From: Candidatus Egerieousia sp.
GTDB lineage: Bacteria; Bacteroidota; Bacteroidia; Bacteroidales; UBA932
NCBI GenBank assembly: GCA_035403105.1
Contig: DAONEN010000001.1
Coordinates: forward strand, 32,184 to 96,183
DNA length: 64,000 bases
Direction: 5' to 3'
The notes under the pieces are model-generated. The model worked only from the letters and a program-made list of their open reading frames with translations, had not been told where the DNA came from and searched no databases. Shown piece by piece: positions 46,985 to 57,030 of this stretch (its first letter is position 1; each line of letters begins with the position of its first letter). The position numbers were made by a program, and so were the translations under genes.

Positions 46985-49150
46985 ATGAAATTAGCAGTAA
47001 TAATGAGCGCATTACTTATGACTGTTGCGGGCGCTTCTGCTCAGAAGGCTGAAGCACAAGTGTTTATAGGCAAGCAGAATATAGATGTTAAGGGCGGCGT
47101 TCTTACTCCGGAAGCCTTGTGGGCCATGGGAAGAATTGGCGGTCTGGACGTTTCTCCCGATGGGAGCAAGATTGTCTATACCGTCTCATACTACAGTGTA
47201 AAAGAGAACAAAAGCCACAGCGTTATTTATGTGATGAATGCAGATGGCTCTGATAACAAGATGATTACCATATCTGCCAAGAGTGAGACGGATTGCTCCT
47301 GGATAGAAAACGGCAAAAAGATTGCCTTCTTAAGTTCAGAAAATGGAAAGAGCCAGATATGGACAATGAATCCTGACGGCTCTGCCAGACAGGTAATTGA
47401 TTGCGGAGATAGAGAGCCGGAAGGTTTTATTTTTTCTCCGGACGGTTCAAAGGTTATGTTTGTACACTCTATTCCTTGCAGCGGACCGGTAAAAAAAGCC
47501 GCAGATATTTATAAAGATCTTCCTAAATCATCAGGAATGCTTATAACAGATTTGATGCATAAGCATTGGGATGAGTGGGTTGAGAGTATCCCACATACAT
47601 TTGTGGCAAATATCAGAGATGGTAAATTGGTTGATGTTAAGGATATTATGGAGGGAGAGCCTTACGAGTGTCCGGGAAAACCCTTTGGCGGAATTGAGCA
47701 ATTGGCATGGAGTCCGGACGGCAAAAAGATTGCCTATACATGCCGCAAGAAGACAGGAGTTGATTATGCTACATCCACAGATTCAGATATTTACGAGTAT
47801 GATGTTGAAACCGGCAAAACCGTGAATCTTTGCAAGCCGGAGGGTTACAAAGACCCTGCAATAAAATATGATGAGTCATTGCAGCACCAGAGCATCAATC
47901 ATCAAGAGGGTGATTTGAGTATGGGCTATGACATCAATCCAAAATACAGCCCTGACGGAAAATATATTGCATGGCAGAGCATGGAGAGAGACGGCTATGA
48001 GAGTGATCGTAATCGCCTATGTGTTAAGGATTTTGCAACGGGCAAAAAAGTTTACGTTACAGAGTCTTTTGACTCGAACGTGGATGATTATTGCTGGAGC
48101 CCCGACGGAAAACAATTATATTTTGTCGGCACTTGGCATGGCACTACTCAACTTTACAGCACTAATCTAAAGGGTGATGTAAAGAAACTGACAGATGGGC
48201 AGCATGATTACGGCTCCGTTGCAATGATGGGCAAGAATCTGATAGCCAAGCGCCACAGCATGAGCGTACCGGATGATATATACACTATTAATCTGAAAAC
48301 AAAAGAAGTTAAACAGATTACTCAGGAGAACAAATCTATCCTTGACCAGATTACTCTTGGAGATGTAAAAGAGAGATGGGTAAAGACTACAGATGGCAAA
48401 GATATGCTTTGCTGGGTTATCTATCCGCCTCATTTTGACGTAAATAAGAAGTATCCAACATTGCTTTACTGTGAAGGCGGACCTCAGAGCCCTGTAAGTC
48501 AGTTCTGGAGCTACAGATGGAATTTCCAGATGATGGCTGCAAACGGTTATATCATAGTAGCTCCTAACCGCCGCGGTCTTCCGGGATTCGGACAGGAATG
48601 GCTGGAGGAAATCAGCGGAGATTATGCGGGTCAGTGCATGAAGGATTATCTTACGGCCATTGATGATGCTTGCAATGAGAAATACGTTGACAAAGACCAT
48701 CTTGGCTGCGTAGGCGCAAGTTTTGGCGGCTACTCTGTATATTGGCTTGCCGGCAATCACAACAAGAGATTTAAGGCTTTTATAGCTCACGACGGTATAT
48801 TCAATGAGCAGCAGCAGTATGCAGAGACAGAAGAGATGTGGTTTGCCAACTGGGATTTGGGTGGCGCATTTTGGGATAAAGATAACGCGGTTGCCCAAAA
48901 TACTTATGCGCATTCCCCTCATTTATACGTAGATAAATGGGATACTCCAATTCTTTGCATCCACAGCCAGAAAGATTACAGAATCCTGTACTCACAAGGT
49001 GAGTCAGCATTCAATGCCGCAAAACTAAGAGGCATACCTGCAGAGTTCCTAATCTATCCCGATGAAAACCACTGGGTACTAAAACCGCAGAACGGCATCT
49101 TCTGGCAGCGCACATTCTTCAGCTGGCTGGACAAGTGGCTTAAATTTTGA
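46985..49150 (+). CDS. Secreted S9-family serine peptidase (beta-propeller plus alpha/beta hydrolase)
   Basis: Signal peptide, repeated SPDG propeller motifs, nucleophile elbow GASFGGY, and a C-terminal D...H (DENHW). Confidence 0.85.
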   Translation: MKLAVIMSALLMTVAGASAQKAEAQVFIGKQNIDVKGGVLTPEALWAMGRIGGLDVSPDGSKIVYTVSYYSVKENKSHSVIYVMNADGSDNKMITISAKSETDCSWIENGKKIAFLSSENGKSQIWTMNPDGSARQVIDCGDREPEGFIFSPDGSKVMFVHSIPCSGPVKKAADIYKDLPKSSGMLITDLMHKHWDEWVESIPHTFVANIRDGKLVDVKDIMEGEPYECPGKPFGGIEQLAWSPDGKKIAYTCRKKTGVDYATSTDSDIYEYDVETGKTVNLCKPEGYKDPAIKYDESLQHQSINHQEGDLSMGYDINPKYSPDGKYIAWQSMERDGYESDRNRLCVKDFATGKKVYVTESFDSNVDDYCWSPDGKQLYFVGTWHGTTQLYSTNLKGDVKKLTDGQHDYGSVAMMGKNLIAKRHSMSVPDDIYTINLKTKEVKQITQENKSILDQITLGDVKERWVKTTDGKDMLCWVIYPPHFDVNKKYPTLLYCEGGPQSPVSQFWSYRWNFQMMAANGYIIVAPNRRGLPGFGQEWLEEISGDYAGQCMKDYLTAIDDACNEKYVDKDHLGCVGASFGGYSVYWLAGNHNKRFKAFIAHDGIFNEQQQYAETEEMWFANWDLGGAFWDKDNAVAQNTYAHSPHLYVDKWDTPILCIHSQKDYRILYSQGESAFNAAKLRGIPAEFLIYPDENHWVLKPQNGIFWQRTFFSWLDKWLKF

Positions 49151-49169
49151 AAGTTTAGCACCCTTTTTG

Positions 49170-49205
49170 CAACCGCAGCGTATCTTTGCTGCGGTTGTTG
49201 TTTTA
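49170..49205 (+). terminator. Rho-independent terminator
   Basis: CAACCGCAGC-loop-GCTGCGGTTG is a perfect 10-bp stem followed by TTGTTTT. Confidence 0.8.
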
Positions 49206-49232
49206 GGTAGAGATTAAGCAGCTTTTTGGGTT

Positions 49233-52200
49233 ATGGCAAAGCAAGTTTTTCAGGCGGATAGTTCCTCCAGATGGAGGAAAATCAAGTGGAGTGCAAGAGT
49301 TATTCTTTTTGCTGTGGCTCTGCTGGTTGCTGTATTTATTGCAATGTTTATCATTGACCATATTCCCTCATTGCCGTTTAACCAAGACTATAAAAAAGCG
49401 GTGCTGGCTACCCGTCCTTTTTTGCAGGAGACTAAATACTCCAAAGAATATTCCGGTTTCAGACCTTATATTTTAGATAAAAAAATACATCATAACTATG
49501 CGCAGGAGAAAGCTGCAAAACTCTCAAAATTAAAGAGATTCCAAGGTTTTGGAGACACATTGCAGCAAAAATACATAGACAGCTGGGGAGATTGCAACGC
49601 GGGAATACGCGCCGGTTTCTATGTGGCATGGGATCCAAAATCATACAACTCTTTGCGGAGGAATATTCACAATTTGAATCTTGTGATGCCCGAGTGGTTT
49701 TTCATTGATACCCTTAAGGACAAACTTATAACAAACATAGATTCTAAAGGTTTGAACTTAATGAGAAAGAGCGGCGTTCCAATTATGCCAATGCTTACAA
49801 ACAATTTAAAAAAGGAGTTCAGGGCAGATGCTATTGGGCGCATACTCCATTCTCCTCAAAAGCAAAAAGCACTAATAGACAGCCTTATAAAAGCTTGCCT
49901 TAAATATAAATTCATTGGAGTTAATCTGGACATAGAGGAGCTTCAAGAGAATAGAGATGAATATCTAACAGAATTTGTTAAAAGACTCTCGACAGAATTT
50001 CATAACCATAACTTGCTGGTATCCCAGGATATAGAGCCTTTCAATACTGATTATAATGTTAGGGAGCTGGCCAAATATGAAGATTATCTGGTGCTTATGG
50101 CGTATGATGAATATTCTATGTCCAGTGATCCGGGACCTATATGTTCTCAAAAATGGATAGAGGCGGCATTGGATAATCTTGCAAAGGAAGTGCCTAATAA
50201 TAAGATAATCTTAGGTTTAGCGGCTTTTGGGTATGACTGGGGCAACGGGCCGGACGGCAATGTAAGCATAACTTATCAGGATGCTCTGTCGAGAGCTGCA
50301 GAAAGTGGTTCTAAAATAAACTTTGACGATAACACTTATAATCTCAGCTACGCATGTGAAGATGAGCGCGGCTTTTTGCATCAGGTGTTTTTTACGGATG
50401 CTGCAACTACCTACAATGTAATGCGTTTTGGTTCTGAATACGACATTGCGGGATTTGGATTGTGGCGCCTTGGAAGCGAGGATAACAGGATTTGGAAGTA
50501 TTATCCTGAAGATATGGAGGATAATCCTCTTGGGCATGAAAGGGAGAAAAATTTTGAGGAAGTGCGGTTGGTGAACGGCATTAACTATCTTGGAGACGGT
50601 GAGATTCTGGATGTTATGAAGACCCCGCAAAGAGGTAAGATAGAGATAGTTATGGATAGCACATATAAATTGATTGCAGAGGAAAACTATCTTAAAATTC
50701 CAACCTCTTTTCAGATCTTGAAATACGGAGAGGCGGAAGACAAACAGTTGCTGCTTACTTTTGATGACGGACCTGATGAGAGATGGACTCCTAAAATCCT
50801 GGATATCTTAAAGAAATATCATGTACATGCTGCATTTTTCCTGGTAGGTTTGCAGGCGGAGAGAAATCTTCCAATTGTAAAAAGAATTTATGAAGAGGGG
50901 AATCTTCTTGGAAATCATACATTTACACATAAAAACGTTGCTAAAGAGTCTCCCGACAGAACATTTGCAGAATTGAAGCTTACCCGTCTTTTGATAGAGT
51001 GCATAACGGGGCACAGCACAATCTTATTCCGTCCTCCGTATAATGCGGACAGCGAACCGGCAAACATGGAAGAGCTTATCCCTGTTGTACTTGCACGCAA
51101 ACAAAACTACATTGATGTAGGAGAATCTATAGACCCTGAGGACTGGCAGCCCGGTATAACTGCGGATACTATTTTCAATAGAGTTGTCAGGCAGGTAAAG
51201 CAGGGAAACGGTCATATAATTTTACTGCATGATGCAGGCGGAGAGACTAGAAAAGAGACAATAAAGGTGCTGCCTAGAATTATAGAATACTTTCAGAAAC
51301 AGGGATATACGTTTACTACGCTAGATAAAATACTGGATAAGAAAAAGGATCAGCTGATGCCAAATGTTGACAAGGGCAATGAGTATTATGCTATTCAGGC
51401 AAACATGGCATCAGTTGCTATTATGTATGAAATCATTAAGTTCCTGACAGCGCTGTTCATAATATTTATCATACTTGGACTTGGGCGGCTTGTATTTATG
51501 ATAGTTCTAACAACCAAGGAGAGAATCAGAGAGAGGAGAAGAAGAAATGAGTTGAACCCGGGATCAATAGTGCGCAGTACTGCTCCCAAAGTTTCCATTA
51601 TTGTTCCTGCGTATAATGAGGAGATAAATGCCGTGTCTTCTTTACAAAACCTTCTAAAACAGGATTATTCAAACTTTGATATAATATTTGTAGATGACGG
51701 CAGCAAGGATGAGACTTACAAGAGAGTGTGTGATGCTCTACAGGGAAATAAAAAAATTAAAATATTAACCAAACCAAACGGAGGCAAGGCATCTGCTTTA
51801 AACTTTGGAATTGAGCAAACTACAGCTGATTTTCTGGTTTGCATAGATGCTGATACAAAGCTTTACAGCAATGCAGTCTCTTTACTTATGACACATTTTA
51901 TTTGTGATAAGGATAAAAAGGTTGGAGCAGTGGCGGGCAACGTAAAGGTTGGCAATCAGCTTAATATGCTTACCAAATGGCAGGCTATAGAATATACAAC
52001 CAGCCAAAATTTTGACCGCAACGCTTATGCTGCAATTAACGCAATTACGGTTGTTCCGGGTGCAATAGGGGGATTCCGCAAGAGCGCAATTGAGGCAGCA
52101 GGCGGACTCACGACGGATACTCTTGCAGAGGATTGCGATTTGACAATCAGAATTTTAAGAGCCGGTTATGTTGTTGAGAATGAGAACCGAGCTGTGGCAA

Positions 52201-52667
52201 TGACGGAGGCTCCGGAGAAGATTGACCAGTTTGTGCGTCAGAGAGTGCGCTGGAGTTTTGGAGTAATGCAGACATTCTGGAAGAACAGAGATGCATTAAT
52301 GAGCCAAAAGCATAAAGGCTTGGGAATGTGGGCGCTGCCAAATATGCTGGTGTTCCAGTTTATTATTCCTACGTTCTCTCCTCTTGCAGATTTATTCATG
52401 ATAATAGGACTTTTCAGCGGCAACGCCGGGAGAATTTTTATCTATTATCTGTTGTTTACATTAGTTGACGCCAGTATATCTATAGCTGCATATCTATTTG
52501 AAAGAGAGAAACTTTGGGTTCTGCTATGGATTATTCCTCAACGTTTTTGTTACAGATGGATAATGTATGTTGTTCTTTTTAAGAGCTATAAGCGTGCAAT
52601 TAAAGGTGAGCTGCAAACTTGGGGAGTTCTTAAGAGGACCGGCAATGTCAAGGAAATAGGAGCATAA
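49233..52667 (+). CDS. Fusion protein: N-terminal TM, GH18-like domain, CE4 (NodB) polysaccharide deacetylase, and processive family-2 glycosyltransferase with TM channel
   Basis: GH18-like FIGVNLDIEE; NodB motifs TFDDGPD and LGNHTFTH; GT2 motifs IIVPAYNEE, VDDGSKDET, IDADT and QRVRWSFG (QxxRW). TM clusters occur between the modules and at the C-terminus. Confidence 0.8.
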   Translation: MAKQVFQADSSSRWRKIKWSARVILFAVALLVAVFIAMFIIDHIPSLPFNQDYKKAVLATRPFLQETKYSKEYSGFRPYILDKKIHHNYAQEKAAKLSKLKRFQGFGDTLQQKYIDSWGDCNAGIRAGFYVAWDPKSYNSLRRNIHNLNLVMPEWFFIDTLKDKLITNIDSKGLNLMRKSGVPIMPMLTNNLKKEFRADAIGRILHSPQKQKALIDSLIKACLKYKFIGVNLDIEELQENRDEYLTEFVKRLSTEFHNHNLLVSQDIEPFNTDYNVRELAKYEDYLVLMAYDEYSMSSDPGPICSQKWIEAALDNLAKEVPNNKIILGLAAFGYDWGNGPDGNVSITYQDALSRAAESGSKINFDDNTYNLSYACEDERGFLHQVFFTDAATTYNVMRFGSEYDIAGFGLWRLGSEDNRIWKYYPEDMEDNPLGHEREKNFEEVRLVNGINYLGDGEILDVMKTPQRGKIEIVMDSTYKLIAEENYLKIPTSFQILKYGEAEDKQLLLTFDDGPDERWTPKILDILKKYHVHAAFFLVGLQAERNLPIVKRIYEEGNLLGNHTFTHKNVAKESPDRTFAELKLTRLLIECITGHSTILFRPPYNADSEPANMEELIPVVLARKQNYIDVGESIDPEDWQPGITADTIFNRVVRQVKQGNGHIILLHDAGGETRKETIKVLPRIIEYFQKQGYTFTTLDKILDKKKDQLMPNVDKGNEYYAIQANMASVAIMYEIIKFLTALFIIFIILGLGRLVFMIVLTTKERIRERRRRNELNPGSIVRSTAPKVSIIVPAYNEEINAVSSLQNLLKQDYSNFDIIFVDDGSKDETYKRVCDALQGNKKIKILTKPNGGKASALNFGIEQTTADFLVCIDADTKLYSNAVSLLMTHFICDKDKKVGAVAGNVKVGNQLNMLTKWQAIEYTTSQNFDRNAYAAINAITVVPGAIGGFRKSAIEAAGGLTTDTLAEDCDLTIRILRAGYVVENENRAVAMTEAPEKIDQFVRQRVRWSFGVMQTFWKNRDALMSQKHKGLGMWALPNMLVFQFIIPTFSPLADLFMIIGLFSGNAGRIFIYYLLFTLVDASISIAAYLFEREKLWVLLWIIPQRFCYRWIMYVVLFKSYKRAIKGELQTWGVLKRTGNVKEIGA

Positions 52668-52729
52668 TATACTATCTTTCTTTGCTTAAAATTTACAAAA
52701 TCAATTTTTGTCCTTATAATTTAATACAA

Positions 52730-52737
52730 TACCTTTG
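52730..52737 (+). promoter_or_regulatory. -7 box TACCTTTG (MFS-MFS-SIS-creatininase cassette)
   Basis: TAnnTTTG match 71 nt upstream of the first MFS ATG. Confidence 0.5.
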
Positions 52738-52807
52738 CGATGCTTTTTTTGTGCATGGTAAGTAAGGGGAGTCTGTGTTATTAGATTAAATGTTTGGATA
52801 GATTAAG

Positions 52808-54067
52808 ATGAAAAATTATTCTGTTGAAAGAGTTAACATGACCGCCTATTTGGGCTGCGCTTTTTTTGGAGTGACCATGCTCTCATTGGGAGTAATTCTT
52901 CCCCCTTTGCAAAAACTTATGCCTGAAGCTCTTGCTCTACCTCCAATTATATCTGTCGGGATTATAACGGGAACAATTCTTTTTGGTCCTATTATGGACA
53001 AATATGGTTACAAGTGGCTACTCACCGGGGCAACAATTTTTCTTCTTATAGGTCTTGTGGGCATGGCTTATTCTATGTCTATCAATGTGTTGCGGGTATG
53101 TATATTTCTAATAGGTTTTGGCGGAGGAATTCTTAACGGAGAAACAATTGCAATTGTTTCAGATGTGAATGACGATGCGCACCGCACAATAAAACTCAGT
53201 ATTTTAGGAGGCAGCTATTGCGTTGGCTGCATTATATGGACGCTCTCTTGCTATATTTTTCCAAACTATAAAATTCCCCTGATTTCCAGCGCTATAATAA
53301 TGGCGGCATCTGTCGTTTTCTTTATCATTACAAAGTTTCCGGAAGCTAAGGGAAAGATGGCGGCAGAGAAAATTGCCGCGGAAAATGAGGCAGCCGGTGT
53401 TGGACAAGTTAAAGAGGAGAATGGGCTGGTTGCATTTTTTAAATCTTTTGCGTTGCTTAAATATCCGGTCCTGGTTATTGTTGCGATAATGCTGTTCTTT
53501 CAGACCGCATTGGAGACTGTAAGTTTAACATTTACAACTTCTTATATTACAAAATTTCCCGGAGGACTTACTCTTAAGCAGGCGCTTTTTTCTCTTACGC
53601 TTATGACTGTTGGAATGATGGCAGGCAGGTTTGCCGTTCCTTTGATTATAAAAAAGTTAAGAGATATTGTTGCTCTGGACATCTATTTGCTTTTGGCATT
53701 TATCGGCTGTATTTTATTGGTATTGCAACCTTTATTTGTGGCAGCCGTTTATGCGGCCATGACTTTGATCGGTTTTGGAATTGCAGCTACTCCTCCAATT
53801 ATTCTTGGATATTTGGGCGGAGTTTTTCATAAAAAATCAGGTGCGGCTTTTTCATTGGCAATTTTTATTGCATTGTGCGGACAGCTTGTTGCTAACTTGC
53901 TGGTTGGTAAATTTTTCTTGGCAAATGAAAAATTTACAGGTGCATTTATATTTCTCCCGGTTGTCCTTTGTATTTTGATTGTAATTGTAATTGCGCTGGC
54001 TCCGTTTGCCATTGCCAGCTGCAAAAAAGCTCGCAGCTATAATGAACGTAATAAAGTAGAGTTATAA
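52808..54067 (+). CDS. MFS transporter (paralog 1)
   Basis: 12 predicted TM helices. Strongly similar to the next gene (for example LSLGVILPPL...GPIMDKYGYKWLL). Confidence 0.75.
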   Translation: MKNYSVERVNMTAYLGCAFFGVTMLSLGVILPPLQKLMPEALALPPIISVGIITGTILFGPIMDKYGYKWLLTGATIFLLIGLVGMAYSMSINVLRVCIFLIGFGGGILNGETIAIVSDVNDDAHRTIKLSILGGSYCVGCIIWTLSCYIFPNYKIPLISSAIIMAASVVFFIITKFPEAKGKMAAEKIAAENEAAGVGQVKEENGLVAFFKSFALLKYPVLVIVAIMLFFQTALETVSLTFTTSYITKFPGGLTLKQALFSLTLMTVGMMAGRFAVPLIIKKLRDIVALDIYLLLAFIGCILLVLQPLFVAAVYAAMTLIGFGIAATPPIILGYLGGVFHKKSGAAFSLAIFIALCGQLVANLLVGKFFLANEKFTGAFIFLPVVLCILIVIVIALAPFAIASCKKARSYNERNKVEL

Positions 54068-54068
54068 A

Positions 54069-55364
54069 ATGAGTAAATATTCAATTGGCAAAGTGAATTT
54101 TGCCGCATGTGCCGGAATGTCGTTTTTTGGAGTTGCAATGCTCTCCCTGGGAGCTATTTTGCCTCCCCTAAAAGTTGCTGTCCCTGAAGCCATTGGATTG
54201 CCTCCCATTATGTCTGTCGGGATTATTATAGGGACAATTTTCTTTGGCCCAATTATGGACAGATTTGGCTATAAGTGGCTGCTGATTGGGAGTTCATTTT
54301 TGCTGATGGCGGGACTCATTGGGCTTGCAACTGGGGCGCATATTGGAATGTCTAATTCTGCAGTTTTGAATTTTTTGAGAGTCAGCATTTTTCTGGTGGG
54401 TCTTGGCGGAGGGGTACTGAACGGTGAGACAAATGCTATTGTATCAGATATTTATGATGACGGCAGCCGTGGCGCAAAACTTAGCATCCTTGGAGCGTGT
54501 TACTGTATTGGCGCTCTTTTGTGGACGCTGACTTGCTTTGCAACGTCAAATATATTCTTTGAATTTGCCGGTATTGTAGTCAACGGATATCAGTTCTGTC
54601 TCTTTGCATTCTCTCTTATGATGGCAGTGCTAATTATTTATTTTTTCTGCATTAAATTTCCTGAGGCAAAACTTAAGACCTTTACAAACTCGGAGGGCAA
54701 GCCGGTAAAGACTGCTGCGGAAGAGGTGAATTTTTGGAACTCCTTCAAATTCATTAAGTATCCGGCTCTTGTTTTAGTTGGCGCCGTTCTGTTTTTCCAG
54801 AGCGCGCTGGAGGGAACAAGCGGAAGTTATACAACTTCATTTCTTACATCAACCCCGGGCGGACTTGCTGCAAACATTGCAACTCTTTCACTTACAATGT
54901 TTACCATTGGAATGATGGGCGGCCGTTTTGCTCTTGGAGCTTTAATGAAAAAGATGCAGGCCATAATGGTTCTGAATTTTTATATGGTCATTGGCGTTAT
55001 TGGTGCAATCTTAATGTCCTTTATGCCAGCATCAGTCACAGCTGTTTACATATCAATGATATTGCTGGGCTTTGGCGTTGGAGCAACATATCCCGTAATG
55101 CTTACATATCTTGGAGGCTTATTTCGCAAACAATCCGGTGCCGCATTTTCAGTTGCAATATTTATTGGATTATGCGGCCAGTTCCTTGGCAATTTTTTTG
55201 TAGGGAAAATGTTTACAACGCAGTCCATATTTGAGGGAATGTTTAGGTTTTTCCCTATAGTGCTCGGGGTCTTCATACTAATAATCATCGCGATAGCTCC
55301 TGCTACAGCGCGCAAGTGTGAGAAGACAAAAGAGGAGAATGAGAGGAGGGAAATAGAGTTATAG
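54069..55364 (+). CDS. MFS transporter (paralog 2)
   Basis: 12 predicted TM helices. Starts 1 nt after the stop of paralog 1 and shares blocks with it (LSLGAILPPL...GPIMDRFGYKWLL; GGLFRKQSGAAFSVAIFIGLCGQ). Confidence 0.75.
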   Translation: MSKYSIGKVNFAACAGMSFFGVAMLSLGAILPPLKVAVPEAIGLPPIMSVGIIIGTIFFGPIMDRFGYKWLLIGSSFLLMAGLIGLATGAHIGMSNSAVLNFLRVSIFLVGLGGGVLNGETNAIVSDIYDDGSRGAKLSILGACYCIGALLWTLTCFATSNIFFEFAGIVVNGYQFCLFAFSLMMAVLIIYFFCIKFPEAKLKTFTNSEGKPVKTAAEEVNFWNSFKFIKYPALVLVGAVLFFQSALEGTSGSYTTSFLTSTPGGLAANIATLSLTMFTIGMMGGRFALGALMKKMQAIMVLNFYMVIGVIGAILMSFMPASVTAVYISMILLGFGVGATYPVMLTYLGGLFRKQSGAAFSVAIFIGLCGQFLGNFFVGKMFTTQSIFEGMFRFFPIVLGVFILIIIAIAPATARKCEKTKEENERREIEL

Positions 55365-55454
55365 ACTATTTGGAATATTAATATTAAAAGATATTAAAGA
55401 TATTTTTATAGATTTATAAAATATTATATATTAATTAGTTATAAAAATTATATC

Positions 55455-56216
55455 ATGTTAGCAAATCAATGGAAAAAGAACGCAATAAGCGTTATGGACA
55501 AAATTGAATCTACTCAGATGGAGCAGATCAAGAAGGTTGCAGGTGTTATGGCTGACTGTCTTCAGAGCGGTCATTTGGTTCACACTTTTGGATGCGGGCA
55601 TGCAAATCTTCCAATAGAAGAGATGTACCCAAGAATCGGGGGCTTTGTCGGATTCCATCCACTTTGCGAGCTTCCTCTTACTTTCTTCACTCATATTGTT
55701 GGAGAGATGGGCATCAACCAGTTTCTGTGGCTGGAGAGAGCGGAAGGTTATGGAAAGGCAATCATGTCCAGCTGGAACTTTAATAAGAATGATTTACTGT
55801 GGATCTTCTCGCATACAGGAATCAACGCAGTAAATATTGAGGTTGCATTGGAGGCACAGAAGAGAGGAATGAAAGTTATCGCTTACGGAAGTGCCGGAGA
55901 TACAGGCAATAAGCCAAGCCGTCACTCAAGTGGAAAGAATTTGTTTCAGGTTGCAGATTATGTGGTTGATTCTTGCTGCCCTTTGCAGGATGCTTCTGTA
56001 GATTTAAAGAACCATCAAGATAAAATAGGTCCTCTTTCTACAATGGCATTTGTTACAACTGTCTGGATGACAATGTGTACTGTTGCAGAAATACTTGCGG
56101 ACAGAGGAGTTCATCTGTACATACATCCGTCTCATAACGTACCCGGAGATACAACAGCTCATGAGAGACTTGATGCCTGTCTTGCAGAGTACAAGAGGAG
56201 AGTTGCAGGCGTATAA
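55455..56216 (+). CDS. SIS-domain protein of the UPF0309 type
   Basis: About 250 aa. GHLVHTFGCGHANLPIEEMYPRIGGF and IFSHTGINAVNIE match the UPF0309/SIS_2 pattern as I remember it. Confidence 0.6.
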   Translation: MLANQWKKNAISVMDKIESTQMEQIKKVAGVMADCLQSGHLVHTFGCGHANLPIEEMYPRIGGFVGFHPLCELPLTFFTHIVGEMGINQFLWLERAEGYGKAIMSSWNFNKNDLLWIFSHTGINAVNIEVALEAQKRGMKVIAYGSAGDTGNKPSRHSSGKNLFQVADYVVDSCCPLQDASVDLKNHQDKIGPLSTMAFVTTVWMTMCTVAEILADRGVHLYIHPSHNVPGDTTAHERLDACLAEYKRRVAGV

Positions 56217-56241
56217 CTGCCGGAAAATTAACTAAGTAAAA

Positions 56242-57003
56242 ATGTATTCAAAATACGATATCACAACGGCCAAGTGGGGCAGTGTTTCCAAAGTGAAGCA
56301 GTATCACTTGGCCATTTTGCCTTGGGGCTCAACTGAACCTCACAACAGACATCTGCCTTATTGCACGGATATGCTTACCGTTCAGGCAATTGCATTTGAA
56401 GTTGCAGAGGCCGCAGCAAAACAGGGGGTTAACGCAATGGTTTTGCCCGGCATTCCGCTGGGTTCTCAAAATCCTGGACAGATACAGCTCCCATTCTGCA
56501 TTCATGCAACTCAGCAGACACAAATGTGCGTGCTGCGTGATGTTGTTAATTCTCTTAAACATCAGGGAATTAACAAGTTGCTTATAATGAGCGGGCACGG
56601 CGGAAATATTTTTAAGGGGATGATAAGAGATATTGCAATGGAGGAACCGTCATTTACAATTTGTCACAATGAGTGGTTTACTTTTATTCCTCGCGACGGA
56701 TTTTTTGAGGAGAAAGAGGATGACCATGCGGGTGAACAGGAGACTTCCGTAATGCTCCATTATTACCCGGAATTGGTAGATATGAAACTGGCCGGAGAGG
56801 GTAAATTCAAAAGATTTACAATAGAAGGGCTTAATAAAAAAGTTGCTTGGGCTCCAAGAGACTGGGCAAAAACTACGCAAGATACCGGCGTGGGCAATCC
56901 GTTGAAAGCTACTGCTGCAAAAGGCGCTGCCTATATGAATGCCGTTCTTCCGCCGATTGTAAAATTTGTTGTTGATTTTGCCAGCTCTAAGAGCTTATAT
57001 TAA
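56242..57003 (+). CDS. Creatininase-family metal-dependent amidohydrolase
   Basis: AILPWGSTEPHNRHLPYCTD and SGHGGN ... DDHAGEQETS match the creatinine amidohydrolase family metal ligands. Confidence 0.75.
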   Translation: MYSKYDITTAKWGSVSKVKQYHLAILPWGSTEPHNRHLPYCTDMLTVQAIAFEVAEAAAKQGVNAMVLPGIPLGSQNPGQIQLPFCIHATQQTQMCVLRDVVNSLKHQGINKLLIMSGHGGNIFKGMIRDIAMEEPSFTICHNEWFTFIPRDGFFEEKEDDHAGEQETSVMLHYYPELVDMKLAGEGKFKRFTIEGLNKKVAWAPRDWAKTTQDTGVGNPLKATAAKGAAYMNAVLPPIVKFVVDFASSKSLY

Positions 57004-57030
57004 ATTTGTGTAACAATCAAAAAATCTTTA

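Noticed and set aside
48167-48922. 251-aa minus-strand ORF
   Set aside because: It is entirely antisense to the well-supported S9 peptidase gene and has no motifs. Long antisense frames of this kind also occur at 1119-1553, 9555-9956, 23154-23567, 29538-29966 and 50217-50630, and I rejected them on the same grounds.
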